A DNA stretch of 64,000 nucleotides, from the NCBI RefSeq assembly GCF_058153355.1, contig NZ_CM177019.1, one strand, 5' to 3'. The notes beneath the pieces were generated by a model, which saw only the letters and a program-made list of their open reading frames with translations, made no database searches and was not told the origin of the DNA. Positions 13,917 through 26,732 of the stretch are shown here, piece after piece (position 1 is the stretch's first letter; each line of letters begins with the position of its first letter). The position numbers and the translations under genes were made by a program.

Positions 13917-15119
13917 TCAGGACGACTTCGCTGCAATCAAATCCTGCGCACAAGCCCACGCACTCGACCACGCCCACTGGAAGTTATAGCCTCCCAGCCA
14001 ACCAGTGACGTCCATCACTTCACCGATGAAGTACAGCCCAGGCACTTTACGCGCTTCCATCGTCCGTGAAGAGAGTTCGTTGGTATCCACGCCGCCGAGC
14101 GTCACTTCGGCAGTGCGATAGCCTTCAGTGCCGTTCGGCTGCACACGCCAGTCGGTCAATGTGCTAATCAGTGCCTGTTGGTCACGTACGTTGAGCTGTT
14201 TTAGCGAGACATCCGGGATTTGCCCGAGTTGTTGTAAGCGTTCAACCAACCGCTTCGGTAGATGAACCGCCAGTGTGTTTTTCAGGCTCTGATTCGGATG
14301 TGCGTTACGCTGTTCATTCAGGAAGGTTTCGAGGTCCACATCCGGTAGCAGATTAATGCTGACAAATTCACCCGGTTGCCAGTAGCTGGAAATCTGCAAC
14401 ACTGCCGGTCCAGACAAGCCGCGATGGGTGAAGAGTAAGTTCTCACGGAAAACGGTGCCGTTTTCAGCCGTAATCACGGAAGGTACCGCCACACCCGCCA
14501 GCACCTGTAACTCCTCGAGCAACGGTTTATGCAAAGTGAATGGCACCAGACCCGCGCGGGTCGGCAGCACGTTGAGGCCAAATTGTTCGGCAATCTTATA
14601 ACCAAACGGCGATGCCCCCAGCCCCGGCATTGACAGCCCACCGGTCGCGATGACCAGTTTTTCGCTACCGACGGTCATGCCATTCAGTTCAAGCGTGAAG
14701 CCTGTTTCATCCTTCGCCACACTCAGCACTTCACTTCGCAATCTGAAGGTCACATTGCCCTTCTCGCACTCAGCCACCAGCATGTCGACAATCTGCTGCG
14801 CGGAGTCATCACAGAAGAGTTGCCCTAACGTTTTCTCGTGCCAGGCAATGCCGTGTTTATTGACCAGATCAATGAAATCCCACTGAGTAAAACGTGCGAG
14901 TGCAGACTTACAAAAATGCGGATTCTGGCTCAGATAAGCGCCTGGTTCGACAAAAAGGTTGGTAAAGTTGCAGCGCCCACCGCCAGACATGAGGATTTTG
15001 CGCCCTGGTTTTTTACCATTATCGATCAGCAGAACCCGGCGTCCTGCCTGACCTGCCAGCGCAGAACAGAACATACCCGCCGCACCAGCGCCTATAATAA
15101 TGGCATCAAACCTTTCCAC
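13917..15119 (-). CDS. yhiN: FAD-dependent oxidoreductase YhiN (HI0933-like flavoprotein)
   Basis: 400-aa ORF with an N-terminal dinucleotide-binding fold (IIGAGAAGM). Confidence 0.9.
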   Translation of the reverse strand: MERFDAIIIGAGAAGMFCSALAGQAGRRVLLIDNGKKPGRKILMSGGGRCNFTNLFVEPGAYLSQNPHFCKSALARFTQWDFIDLVNKHGIAWHEKTLGQLFCDDSAQQIVDMLVAECEKGNVTFRLRSEVLSVAKDETGFTLELNGMTVGSEKLVIATGGLSMPGLGASPFGYKIAEQFGLNVLPTRAGLVPFTLHKPLLEELQVLAGVAVPSVITAENGTVFRENLLFTHRGLSGPAVLQISSYWQPGEFVSINLLPDVDLETFLNEQRNAHPNQSLKNTLAVHLPKRLVERLQQLGQIPDVSLKQLNVRDQQALISTLTDWRVQPNGTEGYRTAEVTLGGVDTNELSSRTMEARKVPGLYFIGEVMDVTGWLGGYNFQWAWSSAWACAQDLIAAKSS

Positions 15120-15350
15120 GTTGCGCTCCTCTAAGAAAAAACGGGCGTGAATTGTAAAGATTCCTCAGTGGTCGCACCAGCATCAATATTACTAAAAGGA
15201 AGTATTTGCCTGAATTATATAAGATAATTATTTTTTGAGTGCAATCTATACAGGAGGCAAATCAAAAAAAGTCTATATTTCACTTTGCCCGCGCCGCGAA
15301 AGTCACTGATAATGCGCCGCGTTCATGTCCTCAAAATGGCGTAACGTCCT

Positions 15351-16850
15351 ATGCTACATTTGTTTGCTGGCCTGGATTTGCATACCGGGCTGTTATTATT
15401 GCTTGCACTGGCTTTTGTGCTGTTCTACGAAGCCATCAATGGTTTCCATGACACAGCCAACGCCGTGGCAACCGTTATCTATACCCGCGCGATGCGTTCT
15501 CAGCTCGCCGTGGTTATGGCGGCGGTGTTCAACTTTTTGGGTGTTTTGCTGGGTGGTCTGAGTGTTGCCTATGCCATTGTGCATATGCTGCCGACGGATC
15601 TGCTGCTTAATATGGGATCGTCTCATGGCCTTGCCATGGTGTTCTCTATGTTGCTGGCGGCGATTATCTGGAACCTGGGTACCTGGTACTTTGGTTTACC
15701 TGCATCCAGCTCTCATACGCTGATTGGCGCGATCATCGGGATTGGTTTAACCAATGCGTTGATGACCGGGACGTCAGTGGTGGATGCACTCAATATCCCG
15801 AAAGTATTAAGTATTTTCGGTTCTCTGATCGTTTCCCCTATTGTCGGCCTGGTGTTTGCTGGCGGTCTGATTTTCTTGCTGCGTCGCTACTGGAGCGGCA
15901 CCAAGAAACGCGCCCGTATCCACCTGACCCCAGCGGAGCGTGAAAAGAAAGACGGCAAGAAAAAGCCGCCGTTCTGGACGCGTATCGCGCTGATCCTTTC
16001 CGCTATCGGTGTGGCGTTTTCTCACGGCGCAAATGATGGTCAGAAAGGCATTGGTCTGGTTATGTTGGTACTGATTGGCGTCGCGCCAGCAGGCTTCGTG
16101 GTGAATATGAATGCCACTGGCTACGAAATCACCCGTACCCGTGATGCCATCAACAACGTGGAAGCTTACTTTGAGCAGCACCCTGCGCTGCTGAAACAGG
16201 CTACCGGTGCTGATCAGTTAGTACCGGCTCCGGAAGCTGGCGCAACGCAACCTGCGGAGTTCCATTGCCATCCGTCGAATACCATTAACGCGCTCAACCG
16301 CCTGAAAGGCATGTTGACTACTGATGTGGAAAGCTACGACAAGCTGTCGCTTGATCAACGTAGCCAGATGCGCCGCATTATGCTGTGCGTTTCTGACACT
16401 ATCGACAAAGTGGTGAAGATGCCTGGCGTGAGTGCAGACGATCAGCGCCTGTTGAAGAAACTGAAGTCCGACATGCTTAGTACCATCGAGTATGCGCCGG
16501 TGTGGATCATCATGGCGGTCGCGCTGGCGTTAGGTATCGGTACGATGATTGGCTGGCGTCGTGTGGCAACGACTATCGGTGAGAAAATCGGTAAGAAAGG
16601 CATGACCTACGCTCAGGGTATGTCTGCCCAGATGACTGCGGCAGTGTCTATCGGCCTGGCGAGTTATACCGGGATGCCGGTTTCCACTACCCACGTACTC
16701 TCCTCTTCTGTCGCGGGGACGATGGTGGTAGATGGCGGCGGCTTACAGCGTAAAACCGTGACCAGTATTCTGATGGCCTGGGTGTTTACCCTTCCGGCTG
16801 CGGTACTGCTTTCCGGCGGGCTTTACTGGCTCTCCTTGCAGTTCCTGTAA
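15351..16850 (+). CDS. pitA: Low-affinity inorganic phosphate transporter PitA
   Basis: 499-aa polytopic membrane protein with the PiT-family GANDGQKG motif. Confidence 0.9.
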
Positions 16851-16918
16851 TCGCACGCACCAAAACGAGCGGGTCAGCTGGCCCGCTTCAGATTGTTGAC
16901 ATAGTGCGCTTTGTTCAT

Positions 16919-16952
16919 GCCGGATGCGGCGTGAACGCCTTATCCGGCCTAC
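16919..16952 (+). repeat. REP (repetitive extragenic palindrome) downstream of pitA
   Basis: gccggatgcggcgtgaacgccttatccggcctac matches the REP consensus. Confidence 0.8.
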
Positions 16953-17095
16953 AAAAACATGCAAATTCAATAGATTGCAGAGATTATGTAGATACTGTTA
17001 CGGCCTGCAAGTTTTTTCCTGGTCCAGTCTCCCGGATTGCAGGCATGCCAGACACAGCGCCGTCAGGCGCTGTTGTTTCATCCCTTCCGCGATTT

Positions 17096-18272
<1,177 letters not shown>

Positions 18273-18372
18273 TGATAAGCGTAGCGCATCAGGCAATTTT
18301 GCGTTTGTAATCAGTCTCTAGCGGGTCAGTTTGCTGGCCCGCTTTTTTTATGCGTTATTTTTGCTGAAGTGC

Positions 18373-18708
18373 TTAATGCCAAATCATCAATGCAATCAGA
18401 CTGACCACCACCAGACCACACAATGCGCTGGTCAGAATAAACTGCCGACGCACCCGCTCACAGCGGCGAATAAACTCATCATCGTGATGATCGCGATAAC
18501 GTTGGGCATAGATATACCAAACGAGACGCACCTGTTTGTTGGGTTGGCCATGTGAGGTAAAAAAGCCCCCTCCATCAACATATTGATAGAGCAATGGATC
18601 GCAGTTACGCAGTACCACTAACAACGCGCGTAGTGATGAGAAATAGCGCGCCATGTTAACAATGCAAACGACACATAAAGCCCAAAATAATGCGACGGTG
18701 CTTATCAT
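18373..18708 (-). CDS. uspB: Universal stress protein B
   Basis: 111-aa small membrane protein ([17 protein letters not shown]…), divergent from uspA. Confidence 0.9.
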
Positions 18709-19098
18709 ACCTCCTCCCCGGCGACCTGCCCGCGGAGTTCCACCCCGGGGCTACCGCTCCCGATACGCTGCCAATCAGTTAACACCAGGTCCTGGAGAAA
18801 CCGCTTTTGTGGTGACCAACATCCGAGCGGCTCTATAGATAGTGTAGGAGATCAGGTTGTTTTTTTTCCAGAAGGTTAACCACTATCAATATATTCATGC
18901 CGAAAATTTGTTTATCTAACGGGTAAGCAAGGCGGATTGACGGATCATCCGGGTCGCTATAAGGTAAGGATGGTCTTAACACTGAATCTTTACGGCTGGG
19001 TTAGCCCCGCGCACGTAGTTCGCAGGACGCGGGTGACGTAACGGCACAAGAAACGCTAGCTGGCCAGTCATCGACAACTTTATGGAAGGAGTAACACT

Positions 19099-19533
19099 AT
19101 GGCTTATAAACACATTCTCATCGCGGTCGATCTCTCCCCGGAAAGCAAAGTTCTGGTAGAGAAAGCAGTCTCTATGGCTCGCCCCTACAATGCGAAAGTT
19201 TCTCTGATCCACGTAGATGTAAACTACTCTGACCTATACACCGGGCTTATTGATGTGAATCTGGGTGATATGCAGAAACGCATCTCTGAAGAGACACATC
19301 ATGCGCTGACCGAGCTTTCTACTAATGCAGGCTACCCAATCACTGAAACCCTGAGCGGCAGCGGCGATCTGGGCCAGGTTCTGGTCGATGCAATCAAGAA
19401 ATACGATATGGATCTGGTGGTTTGTGGTCACCACCAGGACTTCTGGAGCAAACTGATGTCTTCCGCACGTCAGCTGATCAACACCGTTCACGTTGATATG
19501 CTGATTGTTCCGCTGCGCGACGAAGAAGAATAA
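19099..19533 (+). CDS. uspA: Universal stress protein A
   Basis: 144-aa [23 protein letters not shown]… with good RBS (ggaagga). Confidence 0.95.
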
Positions 19534-19559
19534 TCTTCCCTCCACGACGTGTGCCTGAA

Positions 19560-19589
19560 CGCCCGCATATGCGGGCGTTTTGCTTTTTG
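19560..19589 (+). terminator. Rho-independent terminator of uspA
   Basis: GC hairpin cgcccgcatatgcgggcg followed by a T-run. Confidence 0.8.
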
Positions 19590-19637
19590 GCGCGCCTTGT
19601 TACCTGATGCAGCGTATACGCCTTATCTGGCCTACGA
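19590..19637 (+). repeat. REP-like element downstream of uspA
   Basis: …gatgcagcgtatacgccttatctggcctac resembles the REP consensus. Confidence 0.6.
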
Positions 19638-19638
19638 G

Positions 19639-21996
19639 TGCGACAAGAAGTCGTCCAACATATTGTTTTGATAAATTATTTATATAAAACCAACTATTCC
19701 ATTAGTTGTAGCCTACTGAGGCAGGCAAAGCTGGTAACGGCTCTGTCTGAAGCCCTTGGGACAATGTAGCTTAGCAAATATTGCTTCAGTTAATCGTGAG
19801 AAAACCTGATCGCTACAAGCATCATGCGGCGAGAGCGCTAGGCTGGGCGGTATGGTTAACATAGTGAACTGTCGTTAAACGTCGTAACAGAGAACGAGCC
19901 AAAGATGCTGATAGGCTTGCACCAAAAGGTAAGGGGTAAGGCTATTCCTGTTCGTAGTGGGAATACATGGACAATAACTCCCCCGGCGGATAGACAGAAC
20001 CTAACCCGTTCTTTGTATGTTGGTCGGAACTTGGTAAGCCCGAATTCTCGCCCTAGTGGCAGGGGCACCGTAAGGCAAACTGATGAGAATGCGGGTAAAG
20101 GAGGATGGAAAAAGCGAAAGCCGGACTGTAATCGTGCGGATAGAGGTTCAATATTTGCCTTAACGGGAAACCGTGCTGACTTCCATCTGGTCTTTAATTG
20201 CGAAACATCTGCGAAGGTTTCTTTGGATGACATGTATGAAAATTACATCTAACAATGTAACTGCGGTCATCAACGGAAAAGGTTGGCATTCCATTAACTG
20301 GAAGAAATGCCATCAACACGTTAAAACCATACAGACAAGAATCGCAAAGGCGGCATGTAACCAGCAATGGCGTACAGTCGGTAGATTGCAACGATTGCTG
20401 GTTCGCTCATTCAGCGCCAGAGCACTGGCGGTGAAACGAGTTACGGAAAATAGCGGGCGTAAAACCCCCGGAGTTGATGGTCAAATCTGGAGTACTCCAG
20501 AATCAAAATGGGAAGCGATATTCAAACTCAGGCGAAAAGGGTACAAGCCCCTACCGCTAAAAAGAGTTTTTATACCCAAATCTAATGGCAAGAAAAGACC
20601 ATTAGGAATCCCCGTCATGCTTGACAGGGCAATGCAGGCCCTGCATCTGCTGGGATTGGAGCCTGTATCGGAAACTAATGCAGATCACAACAGTTATGGT
20701 TTCAGACCAGCGCGATGTACGGCTGACGCCATTCAACAGGTATGTAATATGTATAGTTCCCGGAACGCCTCGAAATGGGTTCTGGAAGGCGATATTAAAG
20801 GATGCTTTGAACACATTAGCCACGAGTGGCTGCTTGAAAATATTCCTATGGACAAGCAAATACTCCGTAATTGGTTGAAAGCCGGGATCATCGAAAAAAG
20901 CATATTCAGCAAAACTCTCTCGGGTACACCCCAGGGAGGAATCATATCTCCAGTTCTGGCAAACATGGCCCTGGATGGACTGGAAAGACTGCTGCAAAAT
21001 CGCTTTGGTCCGAAACGCTCAAAAACATTCAGGAAACATCAGGTTCACTTCGTCCGGTATGCTGATGATTTCATCATTTCCGGAAAGTCGAAAGAACTTC
21101 TGGAGGAGAATGTTCTTCCGTTGGTGAAATCATTTCTTGCAGAAAGAGGGCTGACGTTATCCGAAGAGAAAACGGTCATCACTCACATTACTGACGGATT
21201 TGATTTCCTTGGGCAGCACGTCCGACGCTTCGGTAGAAAACTCATAATCAGACCAGCCAAGAAAAACGTTAAACAATTTCTTAGCAAGATCAGAGAGACT
21301 ATTGAAGGTAACCGAACGGTTCCTGCATGGGTGCTAATAAATCTGCTTAATCCAATCATCACCGGGTGGGCAAACTATCACCAACATGTAGCATCGGCAG
21401 AGACATTTAACTATGTCGACAACCAAATCTGGCGCAAAATCTGGCAGTGGTGCAGAAGGAGACATCCCGGCAAAGGCCGGAGATGGATCTTCCGAAAGTA
21501 CCACACGACAATAAAAATGTGTCATGGTCGATTTTATGGAGTCGATCCGGAGGGTAGGAAATATGTTCTGTCCCGGGCCAGCGACATCCATATTAATCGC
21601 TATATAAAAATAAAGGGAACGGCAAATCCATATGATCCCGAGTGGGAAACATACTTCGAAAGAAGGCTGGACTACTCATGGAAGAAATCCCAACAGGGGC
21701 AGAAAAGGATTCTCGCTATATGGAAAAGGCAAGGATCGCGCTGCCCTTTATGTGAGCAACCGATTAATCGCGATACAGGATGGAATGTTCATCATTTGCT
21801 CAAGAAATCTCTTGGCGGTAGCGATGATGTGAGCAATTTAGTCCTACTCCATCCCAACTGCCATCGACAACTACATAGTAATGACGCTGGTCTCCCACAA
21901 GGTGGAGGCTTATAAAGGCTTGAGCGGTATGCGGGGAAACTCGCACGTACCGTTCTTAGGGGGCGGCGAGACAGTAATGAATCGCTGCTACCCGAC
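19639..21996 (+). mobile_element. Group II intron (about 2.36 kb) with an intron-encoded protein in domain IV; boundaries inferred
   Basis: Starts GTGCG right after the REP; about 590 nt of non-coding structured RNA (domains I-III); 580-aa RT/maturase/HNH ORF; domain V-like hairpin gagcggtatgcggggaaactcgcacgtaccgttc (21922-21955) 7 nt after the ORF stop; domain VI-like stem with a bulged A at about 21990. Confidence 0.8.
20227..21915 (+). CDS. Group II intron-encoded protein: reverse transcriptase, maturase (X), DNA-binding and HNH endonuclease domains
   Basis: RT motifs (RPLGIP, GFRP, SGTPQGGIISP, YADDFII), maturase motif GWANYHQH, C-terminal HNH (CPLCEQPI…HHLLKK…HPNCH); start could be ATG 20227 or 20236. 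Confidence 0.85.
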   Translation: MTCMKITSNNVTAVINGKGWHSINWKKCHQHVKTIQTRIAKAACNQQWRTVGRLQRLLVRSFSARALAVKRVTENSGRKTPGVDGQIWSTPESKWEAIFKLRRKGYKPLPLKRVFIPKSNGKKRPLGIPVMLDRAMQALHLLGLEPVSETNADHNSYGFRPARCTADAIQQVCNMYSSRNASKWVLEGDIKGCFEHISHEWLLENIPMDKQILRNWLKAGIIEKSIFSKTLSGTPQGGIISPVLANMALDGLERLLQNRFGPKRSKTFRKHQVHFVRYADDFIISGKSKELLEENVLPLVKSFLAERGLTLSEEKTVITHITDGFDFLGQHVRRFGRKLIIRPAKKNVKQFLSKIRETIEGNRTVPAWVLINLLNPIITGWANYHQHVASAETFNYVDNQIWRKIWQWCRRRHPGKGRRWIFRKYHTTIKMCHGRFYGVDPEGRKYVLSRASDIHINRYIKIKGTANPYDPEWETYFERRLDYSWKKSQQGQKRILAIWKRQGSRCPLCEQPINRDTGWNVHHLLKKSLGGSDDVSNLVLLHPNCHRQLHSNDAGLPQGGGL

Positions 21997-22209
21997 TCTG
22001 CGTACGCAATCAAAATCCCCAGCCAATACAACATTTAACACCATCATATTTTCCATCATTAGTGTGATCAGCTGGTTATTTTCTGTTGTAATAGTGTATT
22101 AATCTATTCACCGCATCAATATTAAGAATCTCTGACAGATGTAAACTTTTTCGCGCGTTATCCCTTACGCGTTCATACTTTTCAGGATGGTATTGGAAGG
22201 TTAATAAAT

Positions 22210-23679
22210 ATGAATACAACAACACCCATGGGGATGCTGCAGCAACCTCGCCCATTTTTCATGATCTTTTTTGTCGAGTTATGGGAGCGATTCGGCTACT
22301 ACGGCGTGCAGGGCGTACTGGCGGTTTTCTTCGTTAAACAGCTTGGATTCTCGCAAGAGCAGGCTTTTGTCACTTTTGGTGCGTTTGCTGCGCTGGTCTA
22401 TGGCCTCATTTCCATTGGCGGCTATGTCGGCGACCACCTGCTGGGGACCAAACGCACCATTGTTCTCGGAGCACTTGTGCTGGCGATTGGCTACTTCATG
22501 ACCGGCATGTCGCTACTTAAGCCTGACCTGATTTTCATCGCCCTGGGGACTATCGCTGTCGGTAACGGCCTGTTTAAAGCTAACCCTGCCAGCTTGCTTT
22601 CGAAGTGCTATCCACCGAAAGATCCGCGGCTTGATGGCGCATTCACCCTGTTCTATATGTCGATCAATATCGGCTCGTTGATAGCGTTATCATTGGCCCC
22701 TGTGATCGCTGATAGATTCGGCTATTCAGTCACCTACAACCTGTGCGGTGCGGGGTTAATTATCGCGCTATTGGTTTACATCGCCTGTCGTGGAATGGTG
22801 AAAAACATTGGTTCTGAACCCGACTTCAAGCCGATGAGCTTCAGCAAACTGTTGTACGTATTACTTGGCAGCGTGGTGATGATCTTCGTCTGTGCATGGC
22901 TGATGCACAACGTAGAAGTCGCCAATCTGGTGCTGATTGTTCTCTCCATCATCGTCACCATCATCTTCTTTCGTCAGGCATTCAAGCTGGATAAAACCGG
23001 GCGCAATAAAATGTTTGTTGCCTTTGTCCTGATGCTCGAAGCGGTGGTGTTTTACATTCTCTACGCCCAGATGCCAACGTCGCTGAACTTCTTTGCCATC
23101 AACAACGTGCATCATGAAATTCTCGGCTTTTCCATCAACCCGGTCAGCTTCCAGGCGCTTAACCCGTTCTGGGTGGTACTCGCCAGCCCAATACTGGCAG
23201 GTATCTACACGCATTTGGGTAACAAAGGCAAAGACCTCTCGATGCCGATGAAATTTACTCTCGGTATGTTTATGTGCTCGCTGGGCTTTTTGACGGCTGC
23301 AGCTGCGGGAATGTGGTTTGCTGATGCACAAGGGCTGACATCGCCATGGTTTATCGTGCTGGTTTACTTATTCCAGAGTTTAGGTGAACTGTTTATTAGT
23401 GCCCTTGGCCTGGCGATGATTGCTGCCCTGGTGCCGCAGCATTTGATGGGCTTTATTCTCGGGATGTGGTTCCTGACGCAGGCTGCCGCGTTCTTGCTGG
23501 GCGGCTATGTGGCAACATTTACCGCAGTACCAGACAACATTACCGATCCGCTTGAGACGTTGCCCGTCTATACCAGCGTGTTTGGTAAAATTGGCCTGGT
23601 TACGCTGGGCGTTGCAGTAGTGATGCTGTTGATGGTGCCGTGGCTGAAACGCATGATTGAGACGCCGGAAAGCCATTAA
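22210..23679 (+). CDS. dtpB: Dipeptide/tripeptide permease DtpB (POT family)
   Basis: 489-aa polytopic membrane protein with the POT-family motif ERFGYYGVQ. Confidence 0.9.
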   Translation: MNTTTPMGMLQQPRPFFMIFFVELWERFGYYGVQGVLAVFFVKQLGFSQEQAFVTFGAFAALVYGLISIGGYVGDHLLGTKRTIVLGALVLAIGYFMTGMSLLKPDLIFIALGTIAVGNGLFKANPASLLSKCYPPKDPRLDGAFTLFYMSINIGSLIALSLAPVIADRFGYSVTYNLCGAGLIIALLVYIACRGMVKNIGSEPDFKPMSFSKLLYVLLGSVVMIFVCAWLMHNVEVANLVLIVLSIIVTIIFFRQAFKLDKTGRNKMFVAFVLMLEAVVFYILYAQMPTSLNFFAINNVHHEILGFSINPVSFQALNPFWVVLASPILAGIYTHLGNKGKDLSMPMKFTLGMFMCSLGFLTAAAAGMWFADAQGLTSPWFIVLVYLFQSLGELFISALGLAMIAALVPQHLMGFILGMWFLTQAAAFLLGGYVATFTAVPDNITDPLETLPVYTSVFGKIGLVTLGVAVVMLLMVPWLKRMIETPESH

Positions 23680-23696
23680 TTATTCTTGCAGAACAC

Positions 23697-23720
23697 AGGG
23701 TAGCAATAACACTACCCTGC
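23697..23720. terminator. Shared hairpin terminator between convergent dtpB and rsmJ
   Basis: Inverted repeat cagggtagcaataacactaccctg. Confidence 0.6.
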
Positions 23721-23727
23721 TTTACTT

Positions 23728-24480
23728 TCACACCGGCGTACCTGCATAAATATCAAAGCGATGCCCTTTGGTGACAACCGCGTTTGGCGTGGCGACATTC
23801 GCCAGCGGCGGCGCGTAGTCCGGGCGCTTTACCACCACGCGTTTGGTCGCCAGCAAGCGTGCAGGCTCCAGCAACCCATCAGCGTCGAGATCCGGCCCCA
23901 CCAGCGACTGGAACACGCGCATCTCTTTTTTTACCAGCGCGCTTTTCTGCTTATGCGGGAACATCGGGTCGAGATAGACCACCTGCGGGCGGGGGGTAAT
24001 ATCAGTCAGCGCCGTCAGGCTGGAGGCGTGGATTAACTGTAAACGCTCCTGCAACCAGCCGCCGATTTCCGCATCCGCATAACCACGCGCCAGGCCGTCG
24101 TCAAGCAGCGCGGCAACGACTGGATTACGCTCCAGCATCCGCACACGACAGCCGACCGAAGCCAGCACAAAGGCATCGCGCCCCAGTCCTGCGGTAGCGT
24201 CCACCACGTCCGGGAGATAATCGCCTTTAATGCCCACCGCTTTCGCCACCGCCTCACCGCGTCCACCGCCAAATTTGCGACGGTGCGCCATCGTTCCGCC
24301 AACAAAATCAACAAAGATGCCGCCAAGTTTTGGCTCATCGCGCTTACGCAATTCAAGATGCTCCGGCGTTAACACCAGCGCCATCAGGTTGTCTTCATCA
24401 TGTTCCAGCCCCCAGCGAGCCGCCAGAACAGATAAGGCACCGTCTCCGGTGCCTGTTTCATCAATTAAGCAGATTTTCAC
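23728..24480 (-). CDS. rsmJ: 16S rRNA m2G1516 methyltransferase RsmJ
   Basis: 250-aa product with probable GTG start ([10 protein letters not shown]…); SAM-dependent methyltransferase-like. Confidence 0.8.
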   Translation of the reverse strand: MKICLIDETGTGDGALSVLAARWGLEHDEDNLMALVLTPEHLELRKRDEPKLGGIFVDFVGGTMAHRRKFGGGRGEAVAKAVGIKGDYLPDVVDATAGLGRDAFVLASVGCRVRMLERNPVVAALLDDGLARGYADAEIGGWLQERLQLIHASSLTALTDITPRPQVVYLDPMFPHKQKSALVKKEMRVFQSLVGPDLDADGLLEPARLLATKRVVVKRPDYAPPLANVATPNAVVTKGHRFDIYAGTPV

Positions 24481-24487
24481 TGAATGA

Positions 24488-26530
24488 TCAGCCCTTAATG
24501 CCGTAGTGCTCCAGCATCGCATCCAGTTGCGGTTCACGACCACGGAAGCGTTTGAACAGATCCATCGGCTCTTCTGAACCACCACGGCTCAGAATGTTGT
24601 CGAGGAACGACTGTCCGGTTTCACGGTTGAAAATGCCCTCTTCCTCAAAACGCGAGAAGGCATCTGCCGCCAGCACATCAGCCCACAGGTAGCTGTAGTA
24701 ACCTGCCGCATAACCACCAGCAAAGATGTGGCTAAATGCATGTGGGAAGCGGCCCCAGGACGGAGACGGTACCACGGCAACCAGTTTCTTGATTTCTGCC
24801 AGAGTTTCGAGGATTTTCGCCCCCTGATCCGGACGGAATTCTGCATGTAGACGGAAATCGAACAGGCCGAACTCCAGCTGACGCAGAATAAACAGCGCCG
24901 CCTGGTAGTTCTTCGCCGCCAGCATTTTATCCAACAGTTCTTTCGGCAGCGGTTCGCCAGTCTCATAGTGACCGGAGATAAACGCCAGCGCCTCCGGCTC
25001 CCAGCACCAGTTTTCCATAAACTGGCTCGGCAGTTCGACCGCATCCCACGGTACCCCGCTGATCCCGGATACACCGGCGGTTTCAATGCGGGTCAGCATA
25101 TGATGCAGACCATGACCGAACTCGTGGAACAGCGTGATTACTTCGTCATGCGTAAACAGCGCCGGTTTACCATTCACCGGGCGGTTGAAGTTACAGGTCA
25201 GATACGCGACCGGTTTTTGCAGCGAACCGTCGGCTTTACGCATCTGGCCTACGCAGTCATCCATCCACGCCCCGCCGCGCTTGTTTTCACGGGCATACAG
25301 GTCGAGGTAGAAGCTGCCGCGCAGTTCGTTGTTCTCGTCATACAGTTCGAAGAAACGGACATCCGGATGCCAGACATCAACATCTTTGCGCTCTTTGGCT
25401 GTGATGCCGTAAATACGTTTCACCACTTCAAACAAGCCGTTAACCGCTTTGTTTTCCGGGAAGTACGGACGCAGTTGTTCGTCGCTGATGCTGTAGAGGT
25501 GCTGTTTTTGTTTTTCGCTGTAGTACGCAATATCCCACGGCTGCAACTCATCGACGTCAAATTCGGCTTTGGCGAAGGCGCGCAGTTGCGCCAGCTCTTT
25601 TTCGCCCTGCGGACGTGCGCGTTTTGCCAGATCGGTTAAGAAATCAAGCACCTGCTGCGGGTTCTCCGCCATTTTGGTAGCCAGAGATTTAAAGGCGTAG
25701 TTTTCAAAGCCCAGCAGTTGCGCCAGTTCGTGACGCAGAGCGAGGATCTCTTCCATCACCTTGCTATTGTCCCACTTACCGGCGTTCGGGCCTTGATCGG
25801 AAGCGCGGGTGCTGTAAGCGCGATACATCTCTTCACGCAAGGCCTGGTTGTCGCAGTAGGTCATTACCGGCAAATAGCTTGGGATATCCAGCGTCAGCAA
25901 GTAGCCTTCCAGTTCTTTCGCTTCGGCCTGGGCTTTTGCCGCCGCCAGCGCGCTTTCTGGCATACCCGCCAGTTCCGCTTCGTCGGTAACGAGTTTGGTC
26001 CAGCCCATCGTCGCATCAAGGACGTTGTTGCTGTACTGGTTGCCCAGTTCGGAAAGACGGGTAGCAATTTCGCCGTAGCGTTGCTGTTTCTCTTTCGGCA
26101 GACCGATGCCAGAGAGTTCAAAATCACGCAGGGCGTTATCAACCGCTTTCTTCTGCGCCGTATTCAGCGTGGCGTAATGATCGCCATCGCGCAGATCGCG
26201 GTACGCTTTATACAGCCCTTCATGTTGCCCTACCCAGGTGCTGTATTCCGACAGCAGTGGCAGGGTTTGTTCGTAGGCTTCACGCAGTTCCGGGCTATTT
26301 TTCACCGAGTTCAGGTGGCTGACCGGGGAGAAGATACGCCCCAACACATCGTCCACTTCCGCCAGCGGCTGGCAGAGATTTTCCCAGGTGTACGGTGCCC
26401 CTTGCGCTACTACGCGCTCCACATTTTCACGGCAGTCATTCAATGCCTTCGTCACGGCTGGAACCACATGTTCCGGGAGAATTTTAGAAAACGGAGGCAA
26501 TTCAAAGGGAGTCAGTAACGGATTCGTCAT
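24488..26530 (-). CDS. prlC: Oligopeptidase A (PrlC/OpdA), M3 zinc metallopeptidase
   Basis: 680-aa product from [19 protein letters not shown] zinc-binding motif present. Confidence 0.9.
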   Translation of the reverse strand: MTNPLLTPFELPPFSKILPEHVVPAVTKALNDCRENVERVVAQGAPYTWENLCQPLAEVDDVLGRIFSPVSHLNSVKNSPELREAYEQTLPLLSEYSTWVGQHEGLYKAYRDLRDGDHYATLNTAQKKAVDNALRDFELSGIGLPKEKQQRYGEIATRLSELGNQYSNNVLDATMGWTKLVTDEAELAGMPESALAAAKAQAEAKELEGYLLTLDIPSYLPVMTYCDNQALREEMYRAYSTRASDQGPNAGKWDNSKVMEEILALRHELAQLLGFENYAFKSLATKMAENPQQVLDFLTDLAKRARPQGEKELAQLRAFAKAEFDVDELQPWDIAYYSEKQKQHLYSISDEQLRPYFPENKAVNGLFEVVKRIYGITAKERKDVDVWHPDVRFFELYDENNELRGSFYLDLYARENKRGGAWMDDCVGQMRKADGSLQKPVAYLTCNFNRPVNGKPALFTHDEVITLFHEFGHGLHHMLTRIETAGVSGISGVPWDAVELPSQFMENWCWEPEALAFISGHYETGEPLPKELLDKMLAAKNYQAALFILRQLEFGLFDFRLHAEFRPDQGAKILETLAEIKKLVAVVPSPSWGRFPHAFSHIFAGGYAAGYYSYLWADVLAADAFSRFEEEGIFNRETGQSFLDNILSRGGSEEPMDLFKRFRGREPQLDAMLEHYGIKG

Positions 26531-26732
26531 TAGCGCAGTCCTGGTTAAAGAGGTTAAGGAAGCGCTCAACAGGCGCTTTACATAATGTGTGTAGCATGGG
26601 GTTAAGTGTAGTGAATTTCAATGAGAAACGTTACGCTTTCGCGGCAACGGCCTCTTTTCGGTATACTGTCCTGATAGGCTTTTGTGCGCCCCGAATACGG
26701 GCCGATTTTTACTTACCGGAACACCTTTACCC

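Noticed and set aside
19856-20252. ORFs of 125 aa (minus) and 115 aa (plus) upstream of the intron-encoded protein
   Set aside because: They lie in the predicted domain I-III ribozyme portion of the group II intron, have no RBS or recognisable domains, and overlap each other; most likely non-coding structured RNA.
25718-26518. 266-aa plus-strand ORF, with other long antisense ORFs at 24968-25639 and 27335-28684
   Set aside because: Antisense to prlC and gor, which have strong homology-supported frames; typical GC-rich shadow ORFs.
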